The position numbers and the translations under genes were made by a program. The notes under the pieces were generated by a model. It worked only from the letters and a program-made list of their open reading frames with translations, did no database searches and was not told the DNA's origin. Positions 33,891 to 47,696 of a stretch of 64,000 bases of DNA are shown one piece after another (position 1 is the first letter of the stretch; each line of letters begins with the position of its first letter). The stretch is taken from contig CBDBZU010000004.1 of the NCBI GenBank assembly GCA_965213625.1, forward strand, positions 1,568,001 through 1,632,000, in the 5' to 3' direction. This stretch comes from a bacterium (GTDB lineage: Bacteria > UBA8248).

Positions 33891-35334
33891 CTAATCCAGC
33901 GGGGCGGGGAGGTGGGATTCTCCCATGAGGTATTCATCCACGGCGCGAGCGCAGGAGCGTCCGTCCGCTATTGCCCAGACCACCAGGGACGCGCCGCGCA
34001 TCATGTCACCCGCCACGAAGACGCCGGACGCGCTCGTCATCCATTGCTCATTGCGGCTCACCGCGCCGCGCCCGGTGCGCTCGAGCGCCAGTTCATTGAG
34101 CAGGGGATGGCAGTCGGGACCATGGAAGCCGATTGCCAGGAGAACGAGGTCCGCATCGATTTCCTCTTCCGTGCCTGGAATCTCGGTGAAGACGACTCTT
34201 CCATTCTCGCCATGGGATTCGTTCACCTTTACAGTATCGATTTTCTTGACGCGGCCGTTTTCGCCCAGGAACTGGCGGGTTTGAATCTGGAAGATGCGCT
34301 CCCCGCCCTCTTCATATATGGGCGCGGTGCGGAAAATGTTGGCGTAGTTCGGCCAGGGGTCGCTCAGCGGGTCCCGCTTGTCCGGCGGCCGCGGGTGGTA
34401 CTGGAACTGACGGACGGATTTGGCCCCCTGCCTGTGCGCGGTGCCCACGCAGTCCGCACCCGTATCGCCGCCTCCGATGACGACCACATGCTTGTCCTTC
34501 GCGGTAATGAACTCCTCATCCGGTATATCCTCGCCCGCGAGCCTTCGGTTCTGCATGGTGAGGTAGCGCATGCCGAAATAGATGCCTTCCATCTCACGGC
34601 CCGGAATCTGCAAATCCCTGTGCTGCAGTGCGCCTGCGGCGAGCACGATGGCGTCGAATTCTTCCTGTAACTCGGAGACCTTGGGGTCGACGCCCACGTT
34701 GGCATTCACGCGGAACGTTACGCCCTCCTCTTCCATCTGCTGCGTGCGGCGGTCGATGTAGGTCTTGTCCATCTTGAAATCCGGTATGCCGTAGCGCATG
34801 AGTCCGCCGAGCTTATCGTCGCGTTCCAACACGGTCACGAAGTGCCCCGCCCAGTTAAGTTGCTGGGCGGCGGCCAGACCCGCAGGCCCCGAACCCACGA
34901 CGGCGACTTTCTTGCCGGTCCGAACCGCAGGGGGAGTCGCCTGCACCCAGCCCTGCTCGAAGGCATGTTCGATGACGGATTTTTCGATCTCCTTGATCGT
35001 TACCGGAGAATCGTTGATCGTGAGGACGCAGGAATCCTCGCACGGCGCCGGGCAGAGCCAGCCTGTGAACTCGGGGAAATTGTTCGTCGCATGGAGCCTG
35101 TCGATGGCGTCTTTCCACAAATCCTTATAGACCAGATCGTTCCAGTCGGGTATCAGGTTTCCCAGCGGGCATCCCTCATGGCAGAAGGGAATGCCGCAAT
35201 CCATGCACCGCGCGCCCTGGCGCTGGAGCGTCTCGTGCGGCGTTGGGAGATAGACGACGTCCCAGTCGTTGACGCGCTCTTCCACGGGCCTCGTTTTGGG
35301 TCCTTCCCTGCCGAATTCCACAAATCCTGTCGGC

Positions 35335-35342
<8 letters not shown>
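33891..35342 (-). CDS. gltD: Glutamate synthase small subunit
   Basis: [46 protein letters not shown]. Confidence 0.96.
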
Positions 35343-39891
<4,549 letters not shown>

Positions 39892-40094
39892 TGTTTCACC
39901 AACTTTCTATCCGAGAGAAGTTCCAGGAGAATTTCCCGCTTGCCCATTCCACGGGGAACTCCTGAGTGCGTCTTTTGGACATCGCAAGATGATTTCCATG
40001 AGACGAAATCAGACTATAACATGCCCTGGATAATAAGGCAAACTAAAATATTTAATATATTGCATTAGATATATTTATATTGTAACCTTCGTTT

Positions 40095-40979
40095 ATGAAC
40101 ATCGAAACCTTGCGGCTTTATTGCCGCATCATCCAGGAGAGAAGTTTTTCCAAAGGAGCCGCTCAAAGCGGCGTCACCCAGTCCGCGGCGAGTCAGGCGC
40201 TTCGCCAGCTCGAGGGGGAATTGAGCGTCGATTTGCTCGACAGGAGCAAGCGGCCCTTCGGCATCACGGAAGAAGGGGCCCGGTTCTATGAGGCTTGCCG
40301 CAAGATGCTGGGGGAATTCGACCAGGTCTGCACGGAGATATCACACGGCATCGGCGAGGTGCACGGCCAAGTACGCGTCGCGGCCATCTACTCTGTGGGG
40401 CTTCATCAACTGGGCGCCTATATGCAGCGGTTCCGCTCCCTGTATCCCCAGGCGCGGGTTCGCCTCGAATGCCTCCATCCCGAGAAGGTCGTGCAATCCG
40501 TTCTGGACGATACGGCGGACGTAGGGGTTCTCTCCTATCCACCGCGGGACAAGGCGCTCCGGGTCGTGCCCTTCAAGGAAGAACCCATGTTCTTCGTCTC
40601 GCATCCGGGGCATCAACTGGCCTTTCGTCACGCGGTAAGGGTTTCCGACCTTGCGGGTGAGCCGTTCGTTGCCTTCGACGGCGATCTCGCCATCCGCAAC
40701 GCGATAGACAGAGTCTTGCGCAAGGCGGGCGTGAGCGTGGATGTCGTCATGGAGTTCGACAACGTGGAGAGCATCAAGGAAGCGCTATTCATCGACACCT
40801 GGGTGAGCATCCTGCCCGGCTCGGCGGTTCATAACGAGCGGGCCATGAACACGCTGGCGGTGCTGCCCTTCGAGGGGGCGCGTATCATCCGGCCGCTGGG
40901 CCTCATCCACAGGCGCGACAAGCCGCTCCACGGCGGTGTTAGGCGCTTCATCGAGCTTCTGGGCAGAGATCTCGACTAA
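40095..40979 (+). CDS. LysR-family regulator divergent from gltB
   Basis: SFSKGA...TQSAASQALRQLE HTH; MEFDNVESIK. Confidence 0.92.
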   Translation: MNIETLRLYCRIIQERSFSKGAAQSGVTQSAASQALRQLEGELSVDLLDRSKRPFGITEEGARFYEACRKMLGEFDQVCTEISHGIGEVHGQVRVAAIYSVGLHQLGAYMQRFRSLYPQARVRLECLHPEKVVQSVLDDTADVGVLSYPPRDKALRVVPFKEEPMFFVSHPGHQLAFRHAVRVSDLAGEPFVAFDGDLAIRNAIDRVLRKAGVSVDVVMEFDNVESIKEALFIDTWVSILPGSAVHNERAMNTLAVLPFEGARIIRPLGLIHRRDKPLHGGVRRFIELLGRDLD

Positions 40980-41058
40980 ACAACCCCTCCGGTAACTCCT
41001 ATCTTATCAACAGCTTGTCCGAGTATATCCGATAAATAATTATTTATGAATATAAATA

Positions 41059-41087
41059 TTGACATAATAGTTATATATAGATATATT
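41059..41087 (+). promoter_or_regulatory. Near-consensus sigma70 promoter
   Basis: TTGACA (41059-64), 17-nt spacer, TATATT (41082-87). Confidence 0.7.
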
Positions 41088-41190
41088 GCCTTTGCCTGAT
41101 GTGTGAATAAGAACATCACGCACAGGGGGATGAACAAGTTATCTATTTGATACTTATCGACTTATAAAGAATAATAGGAAATTCCATGAA

Positions 41191-41229
41191 TTTATCGAAT
41201 AACCCCGTGTATTTATCTAAATTTATCGA
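41191..41229 (+). promoter_or_regulatory. AT-rich operator-like motif with phased TTTATC boxes (copy 2)
   Basis: 33/39 identical to 9337-9375; boxes at +0, +21 and +31 in both copies. Confidence 0.5.
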
Positions 41230-41424
41230 TATTTTCAGAAATTCGCCTTGCCCGGATGATCCGTCCCGCGAAATCCCACCTTCTTCCCCACCGAACACGG
41301 CGTCTCGTACCGCCCGCGAGACGCCCCCCTCCAATAGCAACGAACCTTCAAAACAGCGCGGGTCATCCGGGCATTTCATACTTTCCGGCGCAGGGGCCGC
41401 ATACGCCGGTGGGAGGAATACGTC

Positions 41425-41670
41425 ATGAACGAGGCCGTCTCCTTCATCGGAACTCACGAGCGCACGCTCTCAGACCTTGTGGACGATGGGCTGGACGTCC
41501 CCGAAGAGGCCGCGCTGCTCGTCTACCGCGATCTTTCGCGCGAAATAAGCGTGAAACTCATCTTCCCGAATATCGAATCCGCCCGCGCCCGCGCCGACGC
41601 CCTCATCAGGTTGAAGAGAGCCCGCCGCTGCGACTTGTCCGTCACCCCGCTCAGAGAGGCGCTTTGCTGA
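41425..41670 (+). CDS. Hypothetical protein, translationally coupled to the next gene
   Basis: GGAGG RBS; TGATG stop/start overlap at 41668-41672. Confidence 0.65.
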   Translation: MNEAVSFIGTHERTLSDLVDDGLDVPEEAALLVYRDLSREISVKLIFPNIESARARADALIRLKRARRCDLSVTPLREALC

Positions 41671-42059
41671 TGCCGTCCGAAAAGACCTGCCGAAAGACGA
41701 CTACGAGCAAGCGGCGTAAGAGAAGCACCAAGCAGGCCGCGCCGGACCCCAGAACCCCGCGCCGCATCCTCGAGGAAGAGGCCTTTCTCACCAAACCCAT
41801 GCTTGCCAAGGTGCTCGGCTACAAGAGCTACCGCACGCTCGACGCCATCATCGCCGAAGACTGCGCGAGCGACACGCCCTGCCTCCGGCCCGTCTACCTG
41901 CGCCGCCCGCCACCGCGCGCGGGCGCCAGGCAGCCCGAGAACCACCCCTCCTTCAAGAGCGCGCGCTTCCGCCGCGAGGACGTACTTGCCTACGTCGAGA
42001 AGATGACGGAAGATTTCCCGCTCGATCTGGAATGGAAATTCGGCGGCATGCGGGAGTAG
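41670..42059 (+). CDS. Xis/MerR-like helix-turn-helix DNA-binding protein
   Basis: FLTKPMLAKVLGYKSYRTL...RFRREDVLAYVE resembles the excisionase-type wHTH pattern; basic N-terminal tail. Confidence 0.6.
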   Translation: MPSEKTCRKTTTSKRRKRSTKQAAPDPRTPRRILEEEAFLTKPMLAKVLGYKSYRTLDAIIAEDCASDTPCLRPVYLRRPPPRAGARQPENHPSFKSARFRREDVLAYVEKMTEDFPLDLEWKFGGMRE

Positions 42060-42266
42060 TCAATCCCGACTGATCAAGGAGGGATTGCGACCGTGCTGGA
42101 GGAGGTTGGTTTAACAATCCTTTACATCTCATATTCGGATTGTATGAGGATGAGGTTGAGATTTGTTCGGAAATAGGTATATTTGGCGAACGTTTAACCA
42201 CTCAAACGAGTTGCCAGGGGACCCGAATTAGTTGGCGGATGGTTGAGTCCGTAAGAGGGTTCTTAA

Positions 42267-42875
42267 TTGGCGAGAGAATTTTCCAAGGCATTCGATTTCA
42301 ATCTTAAATTCGAGCGCAGGTTCACGGTTCATATTGGCGTGGTTGCCTTTATCTTCGTCGGTGTGATCGTAGGTGTCTATTTCTTCTTGCCTGCTCATAA
42401 GGAGTTGGCGACGTTTATCGCTATTGCCGTTGGCGCCGCAGCTGCGATCGTCAGCGCTTTTTATATTGCTCAAAGCGTTTATGCGAATGTGGAATCCGAG
42501 CAAATGACCCGCACGATGTCCCTTACCTCTGAGTGGAACACCGCAAGTTTTTTCGACTCGAAAAAAGCCGTCATCGGGCTAATCAAACCCATAGCCGCCA
42601 AACCGAGAGAGGAGAGGCTGAGAATTATACAAGAGAAAATCAGAGGTGATGAAATTCTCGAATTGAACATAACGAATGTTTTGAATTATCTCGAAGACTT
42701 GGCGGTGTTGGTAGATAAAGGCTTTGTCAATGAGGACATCATCCGCGAACTGTTCCAGACAAATGTTTTACGCTATTTTGACGTATTCGAGCCGTGGATT
42801 GCAGACCTGAGAAACCGCAGGGGCAACCGTCTTTACAGAGGTCTTGAATATCTATGCCGGAAATGGGATACTTGA
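42267..42875 (+). CDS. Membrane-anchored hypothetical protein (DUF4760-like), lower GC
   Basis: Two N-terminal TM segments; VLNYLEDLAVLVDKGFVNEDII...LEYLCRKW. Confidence 0.65.
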   Translation: MAREFSKAFDFNLKFERRFTVHIGVVAFIFVGVIVGVYFFLPAHKELATFIAIAVGAAAAIVSAFYIAQSVYANVESEQMTRTMSLTSEWNTASFFDSKKAVIGLIKPIAAKPREERLRIIQEKIRGDEILELNITNVLNYLEDLAVLVDKGFVNEDIIRELFQTNVLRYFDVFEPWIADLRNRRGNRLYRGLEYLCRKWDT

Positions 42876-42982
42876 AACACTTAGGTGATTTTGTAATTAC
42901 CTGGCCGCTGAAAGGAGACCAAACGATGCTCCACACACACGACGAGGACCCCGGCTTCTAGCAAAGAAGACCGATATGAATT

Positions 42983-43017
42983 AAAGCCCCTCGGTAAACC
43001 CGGGGGGCTTTTCTTTT
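42983..43017. terminator. Probable bidirectional terminator
   Basis: AAAGCCCCTCGG...CCGGGGGGCTTTT hairpin between convergent genes. Confidence 0.7.
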
Positions 43018-43098
43018 GGCGAATCCGCAATCTCTTCTTTCTTGGCCGCAATCCCTCCCTCGTCACTCACAATCCCTCCCTCCCTGGTCGGGATTGAC

Positions 43099-43950
43099 CT
43101 ACCGCACCCCGCCCAGCCACGCTTCCTTCCATTGCCAGGCGGGTTTTCCCGTTTCTTTTTGTATCGCGGCCGCCGCGTCCTTGGCGGCGTAGACGCGCAT
43201 GAACTTCTTCACCCCCCACTCGCGCAGGAGATAGGCCACATAAGACCCCGCGAGAATGTAGAACATGCGCCGCACGGCCCTGTTCTCGAATCTGGGGATT
43301 CCGTTCTCGCCAACGAGGTCGAGCGCTTTCGTCGCGGGCGGGAACTCGCGCCTCAGAACCCGGCCCGCGAACTCATCCACCGATTCCCCGAAATTGGGAA
43401 AGGCGGCGTAGCCGCCCAGGCGGTCGTTCAGGTGAACGGCCAGGCCTTCCTTGAGCCAGAGCGTGTTCCAGTCCCACGCGATGATGTGAACCGTCTCGTG
43501 CAGATAGGGCGTTCTCCTCCCTTTTGCGAAAGAGAGGAACACCACCGGGTGCATGTATTTTCGCGGGCTGTAGGCCGTGATGGTGTGTGAGGGCGCGCGC
43601 CGGCTGTGGACGAAGAACTCGATTTTCTCCTGTCCGTAGGCCTCGCTTGAGAACGGAAGCCCAAGAAACTTCTCGGCGGCCTCGACCCCGGCGTCAATCT
43701 TTTGGTGCAGATCGCTCGCCTCATCAGCCGAGAGATAACCCGCCTCCACCCAGAGAATGGAGCGCGCGGAGACGCGTGTTTCTGCATTTTCCTTGATCGA
43801 GCGCATGAGACCGATGTCGCGGCAGCGCCCCGTGTAGGGGCCATAGGTGCATTCTCTGGCGTCCGCGCGAGGGATACTTACTGAACTGAGTAACAAAGCG
43901 GCGATGAAGAACAATTGGATGGGAAGATTTCTTGTGCGTCTTTTCGGCAT
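43099..43950 (-). CDS. Exported putative zinc metallopeptidase (gluzincin-like)
   Basis: Signal peptide; HETVH (HExxH) followed by WLKEGLA. Confidence 0.7.
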   Translation of the reverse strand: MPKRRTRNLPIQLFFIAALLLSSVSIPRADARECTYGPYTGRCRDIGLMRSIKENAETRVSARSILWVEAGYLSADEASDLHQKIDAGVEAAEKFLGLPFSSEAYGQEKIEFFVHSRRAPSHTITAYSPRKYMHPVVFLSFAKGRRTPYLHETVHIIAWDWNTLWLKEGLAVHLNDRLGGYAAFPNFGESVDEFAGRVLRREFPPATKALDLVGENGIPRFENRAVRRMFYILAGSYVAYLLREWGVKKFMRVYAAKDAAAAIQKETGKPAWQWKEAWLGGVR

Positions 43951-44037
43951 GGCGCGACCCCCTGTGTTGTACGGCGGCGATGATGTTGCAAAGACGCAAG
44001 GAAAAAGCGGTAAGGGGGGTGCGAACCGCGCTTGCGT

Positions 44038-44436
44038 CTATTTCGCTTTCTCTCCCGTTTTGGTTTTCCGCTGATGCGTGACGATGGGAAGCGGCTCGTT
44101 GCAGCCCTTGTCGAAGGCGATGCGGCGAAGTGCAGCGTTTCGCCGCTCGAGCGCTTCGGTTTCGGCCGCCTCTTTGCCCTTCAGGTCCATGAAGAACCAC
44201 GGCGCGACCAGGAATACGCCCGAAGCGCCGAGGATGAGGTTCTTGTTCGTCTTGTTCGTTCGCTCGGTCGTCTTTTTGGCGATTTCCTTCTTGTTGGCCT
44301 TGAGTTCCGCCTTGAGCGAGGCGCAGTCGCGCTTCTCATCGGCAGGCGTGTAGCGCGCCACCGGATTCGGTCCCGAACCAGCGCACCCGGATAAGAAAAA
44401 CATGAACGCCGTTGCCGCGCAGATCCGCTTCTTCAT
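44038..44436 (-). CDS. Putative lipoprotein
   Basis: Lipobox LSGC. Confidence 0.75.
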   Translation of the reverse strand: MKKRICAATAFMFFLSGCAGSGPNPVARYTPADEKRDCASLKAELKANKKEIAKKTTERTNKTNKNLILGASGVFLVAPWFFMDLKGKEAAETEALERRNAALRRIAFDKGCNEPLPIVTHQRKTKTGEKAK

Positions 44437-44487
44437 GAGACGCACCTCGTGGATGAACCCGAATGATTTTCCGTGAACGGCGCGGAC

Positions 44488-44976
44488 CTAGTTGACGATT
44501 TTCCAGCTACCGTCGGGTTGTCGGCAGGCGCGGCCATAGGCGCGTTCGGTCTTGCCGCCCACCGTGATGGTCTGCTGGAACTCGCGGCAATAACGGGAGG
44601 TCGAGCCTCTCTGTACCCGGTAGGTGCGCCTGGGCGTAATGGTGCCCCGGTTGCCCGTGTCGGGGTTTACCCACGTGCTGGCCACGTTCGTCTTGCCGCG
44701 CTCGAGCGATTTTTGCGTGCTTCGCGACATCAGCAGGCGGTCGCGCTCGTCGAGCTGCCGTCCGATGGAGCTGCCTACGAGGGTGCCGAGAACAGCGCCC
44801 GTGAAGGTTGCTACACTGCGGCCCCGGCCCTTGCCGAGCTTCGACCCGATGAGACCGCCCGCGATTCCGCCGATGATCGCTCCGCCGGTCTGCTTGTCCA
44901 TGGTTCCATCGGCGCGGCATCCGGCGAGCCCCAGGCTGAAAATGGCTACGAGGACGGTGGCGGTCAGTTTTTTCAT
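44488..44976 (-). CDS. Glycine-zipper 17-kDa surface antigen-type lipoprotein
   Basis: LAGC lipobox, glycine zipper, WVNPDTG, CREFQQ, ACRQPDGSW. Confidence 0.9.
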   Translation of the reverse strand: MKKLTATVLVAIFSLGLAGCRADGTMDKQTGGAIIGGIAGGLIGSKLGKGRGRSVATFTGAVLGTLVGSSIGRQLDERDRLLMSRSTQKSLERGKTNVASTWVNPDTGNRGTITPRRTYRVQRGSTSRYCREFQQTITVGGKTERAYGRACRQPDGSWKIVN

Positions 44977-45126
44977 GATTCATCTCCTGTGTATGGCGGC
45001 ATGCGCAGCGTCGCGCATTATACCAAAACGACCTTGGGCGACACGCATTTTATCATCCCTTACCCGCCGCTTGAAGGGCCGTTTTCCAGGTTTCCGCTCG
45101 AATCGAGCGTAATGAGCACATCTCCG

Positions 45127-45178
45127 CGCAGTTGCCCGCATTTTCCGTCATCGTTCTCACGCTAGCAAGACATAAACT
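45127..45178 (+). promoter_or_regulatory. Putative activator-dependent late promoter 1 (lysis cassette)
   Basis: CGCAGTTGCCCGCATTT (45127-43), 29 nt, TAAACT (45173-78). Confidence 0.7.
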
Positions 45179-45246
45179 CTCCCGGTTTGAGGCGCGCAGC
45201 CTGCGAGCGGCGCGCGGGATTTCATTTATAGATGGAGAGGAGAGTC

Positions 45247-45396
45247 ATGTCTGAGAAAAATGATTTTGAAAAAAGAACGGACGCCGTGCTGTCGCGCTGG
45301 GCGAAGGGAAAACACACCCTCTTGCGCCTGGTCGCCGTGGGCGCATTTCTCGTGAGTCTGGGTTTTTTCGTGGGGGGTTATGTATGGCGGCCGTAA
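45247..45396 (+). CDS. 49-aa single-TM protein leading the lysis cassette
   Basis: Below the ORF-track cutoff; GAGGAG RBS; MSEKNDFEKRTDAVLSRWAKGKHTLLRLVAVGAFLVSLGFFVGGYVWRP; overlaps the next gene. Confidence 0.65.
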   Translation: MSEKNDFEKRTDAVLSRWAKGKHTLLRLVAVGAFLVSLGFFVGGYVWRP

Positions 45397-45620
45397 AGAA
45401 CGCGAAGTATCGCCCCGTCGAGATTTTCCGGGATAAATCCGGGCGGCATCGCTTCCGCGTGCGGGCGAGGAACGGAAGAATTCTGGCGTCGAGCCAGGCC
45501 TACGCGCGCCGCTCGGGTGCGCGCAAGGGCGCTGCGGCGCTCCTGCGTCTGCTTAAAGAAGCGGGCGGGATAGGGAACCTGTTTGAAGGGGAGGGCAGGG
45601 GATGCTCGCTGACGAGTTAA
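45384..45620 (+). CDS. YegP/DUF1508-like protein
   Basis: EIFRDKSGRHRFRVRARNGRILASSQAY. Confidence 0.75.
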   Translation: MAAVKNAKYRPVEIFRDKSGRHRFRVRARNGRILASSQAYARRSGARKGAAALLRLLKEAGGIGNLFEGEGRGCSLTS

Positions 45621-46015
45621 TAGAGGAAATCAAGCGCGAGGAGGGTTTCATGCCGGTAGTGTATATGGATAGCAAGGGAAAGAAGACCATCGGCTACGGT
45701 ACGCTGCTCGAAGACGGGATATCGCAAGCCGAAGCAGAGATGCTTCTTCGCCATCGCCTGGGCCTGATGGCCGGTGAACTCGAGCGCTCCTCTGTCGGCG
45801 TGGTCTTCGCGGGTCTCAAGCCAGGCGCCAAGCGCGCGGTTCTGAACATGGCCTACAACATGGGCGTGCCGAGTCTTCTGGGCTTCAGGAAAATGTGGGC
45901 CGCGCTCGCGAATGGCGATTATGCGCGCGCGGCTGAGGAGGCGCTCGATTCCGATTACGCGAGGGAACTCCCCGCGCGAGCGGGCCGGGTGGCCGAGAGC
46001 ATGAGGAGCGCGTGA
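45602..46015 (+). CDS. Phage-type lysozyme/endolysin (GH24, T4-like)
   Basis: EEGFMPVVYMDSKGKKTIGYG has E/D/T at T4 lysozyme spacing; NMAYNMG...F.KM...A.EALDS.YA...P.RA.R. Confidence 0.9.
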   Translation: MLADELIEEIKREEGFMPVVYMDSKGKKTIGYGTLLEDGISQAEAEMLLRHRLGLMAGELERSSVGVVFAGLKPGAKRAVLNMAYNMGVPSLLGFRKMWAALANGDYARAAEEALDSDYARELPARAGRVAESMRSA

Positions 46016-46437
46016 TGGCCTTTTTGGAAAAACTCATCGGCGGCGGCGTCATCACGGCGGCGGAGGGCGTCGCCAACGTCATCGACAAATTCGTCGAAAC
46101 GCCGGATGAGCGGCGCGCGGCCGAGGCGATAAAGCAGAAGCTGATGATGCGGCCCTTTGAGGCCCAGAACGAGATCAACAAGATAGAGGCCGCCCACCGC
46201 AGCGCCTTCGTCGCGGGCGGCAGGCCGTTCATCCTGTGGACCTGCGGCGTCTCGCTCGCCTTTTATTTCATCCCCCAGTATGCGCTCGGCGCATGGCTCT
46301 GGACGCGGCAGGTGCTGATGAGCGGCGATCTCGTGCCCTATCCCGTCTCGGCGGATGGGCTTCTCGAACTCACGCTCGGGATGCTGGGTCTGGGCGCGCT
46401 TCGCACCGTCGAGAAGCTCACGGGCAAGGCGCGGTGA
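46012..46437 (+). CDS. Holin of the 3TM type
   Basis: QNEINKIEAAHRSAFVAGGRPFILW...GMLGLGALRTVEKLTG; overlaps the lysozyme stop. Confidence 0.85.
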   Translation: MMAFLEKLIGGGVITAAEGVANVIDKFVETPDERRAAEAIKQKLMMRPFEAQNEINKIEAAHRSAFVAGGRPFILWTCGVSLAFYFIPQYALGAWLWTRQVLMSGDLVPYPVSADGLLELTLGMLGLGALRTVEKLTGKAR

Positions 46438-46464
46438 GGAACTCCTGCGCAGGGAGGGGGGGGC

Positions 46465-46681
46465 TGAAAAAGCCCCGCGGGTCGGGCCGAACCACTCCCC
46501 CTTGAGGGGGTTGTTGAAAAACCTCACAAAAGGAGCGCGGTGGATTTCACTCCCCCTCAAGGGGGGAGTGGTTATTGAGCGCTCTACAAGAGAAGAACGG
46601 TTTGGCCCGACCCGTAAGGATTTTTTCAACAATCCCTTGTCAGGGGGGTAGCAGCGACGCTCCTCGGCGAGGGCTTTTTCA
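46465..46681. repeat. Composite nested inverted-repeat element (MITE/REP-like)
   Basis: IR pairs 46465-75/46671-81 and 46478-93/46599-614, CACTCCCCCTTGAGGGGG pair, GTTGTTGAAAAA/TTTTTCAACAA; related sequence at 52972 and 58183-58504. Confidence 0.7.
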
Positions 46682-46700
46682 TCGGGCATTCCCCCGACCC

Positions 46701-47105
46701 TCACGGGCCGCTTTTTCTTTTTGTGGGTTTCGTCTCGATGTGCTCCAGGGGATGGTCGTGCACGATCTTGATCTGCTCGGGGAGGATAAAGGCGGCGGTG
46801 AACAGTACGACGGCGCCCAGGCAGGTGACGAGCAGCCCCGGCAATATCACTTTGAAGCCCGTGAATTCGGCCCCCGCGCTCTCGCGCGCCTCGGCGCGCG
46901 ACTGCTGGGTGATGAAGGCGCCCATCGCCAGGATGATGCCGCCCACGATGGCGGTCGAGATTCTCAGGAGGTTTTTCTCCTCCGCCAGGTAGGCGAAGAG
47001 CAGGATTTCCTCCTCCCCGTGGCCTGAGGCCGGCGCGTCTGGCAATCCCAGGAACCATAGCGAGAGCATGGCGAATGCGGTGGTAGTCGGCGCGCGAAAG
47101 CGCAT
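46701..47105 (-). CDS. Hypothetical membrane protein
   Basis: AAGGAGG RBS before ATG 47105; signal-like N-terminus plus two TM segments. Confidence 0.65.
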   Translation of the reverse strand: MRFRAPTTTAFAMLSLWFLGLPDAPASGHGEEEILLFAYLAEEKNLLRISTAIVGGIILAMGAFITQQSRAEARESAGAEFTGFKVILPGLLVTCLGAVVLFTAAFILPEQIKIVHDHPLEHIETKPTKRKSGP

Positions 47106-47165
47106 CAAACGTCCTCCTTCCGGCCATTGTGCAGCGCGCAAGTCTTTTTCTCAACGGAAAGGCTC

Positions 47166-47217
47166 CGCATTTGCCCGCATTTGCCGCACACCCCCAACCC
47201 GCGCCGCCTTGTATGTT
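47166..47217 (+). promoter_or_regulatory. Putative activator-dependent late promoter 2 (gp26/gp27-like genes)
   Basis: CGCATTTGCCCGCATTT (47166-82), 29 nt, TATGTT (47212-17). Confidence 0.72.
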
Positions 47218-47363
47218 AGGGGAAATCTCCGCCGCGCGCGGGGGTGTTTGGCGTTTCGGAAAGAAAGTCATCGAGGAGGTGTTTCAGTGGGTGGAAGAAG
47301 TCTGGATTTCAGCGGGTGGCGTCCGGCGTGCCGGTATGAATGTCATCGAGGAGGTGCATTAAC

Positions 47364-47696
47364 GTGAACGAACTGGCGGCCCGCGTCCTGCGCGGCGACA
47401 TTTTGAAGACGCTGTATTACCAGGATGCCTTGCGCGCGGAATCGAGCGTGGGGAGTCTTCTCCTCTGGAGCGCGCTGCGCGAGGCGGGCCATCATGAAGA
47501 CGGCGCGCCCCTGGGCCGCGAGACGCTCGAGGCCTTCGTGGACGATCTGGCCGGGCGGGGTTTGGTGGAAAAGCGCACCCCGGGCGGGTTCGGCCGCCTG
47601 CTGACGGATTACGAGGCGCACCTTACGCGCAAGGGGCGCGGCTTGCTCGAAGGAGCCGTATCCGTCTCACCCGACATCCTCGTGGGGGATCTGTAA
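47364..47696 (+). CDS. Mu gp26-like winged-helix phage protein
   Basis: LRGDILKTL...DLAGRGLVE...AHLTRKGRGLLEG...PDI pattern; immediately upstream of the gp27-like gene; GAGGAGGTG RBS. Confidence 0.6.
   Translation: MNELAARVLRGDILKTLYYQDALRAESSVGSLLLWSALREAGHHEDGAPLGRETLEAFVDDLAGRGLVEKRTPGGFGRLLTDYEAHLTRKGRGLLEGAVSVSPDILVGDL

Noticed and set aside
41186-41428. 80-aa ORF upstream of 41425
   Set aside because: Low-complexity Pro/Ser-rich translation overlapping the putative operator motif. It cannot be fully excluded because its stop overlaps the next ATG, but coding support is weak.
44038-44976. Spanin pair for the lysis cassette
   Set aside because: Opposite strand, both look like lipoproteins, and one is a recognisable 17-kDa antigen family member.
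45955-47271. 438-aa minus-strand ORF
   Set aside because: Runs through the repeat element and antisense to the holin; Arg/Pro-rich with no protein-like features.
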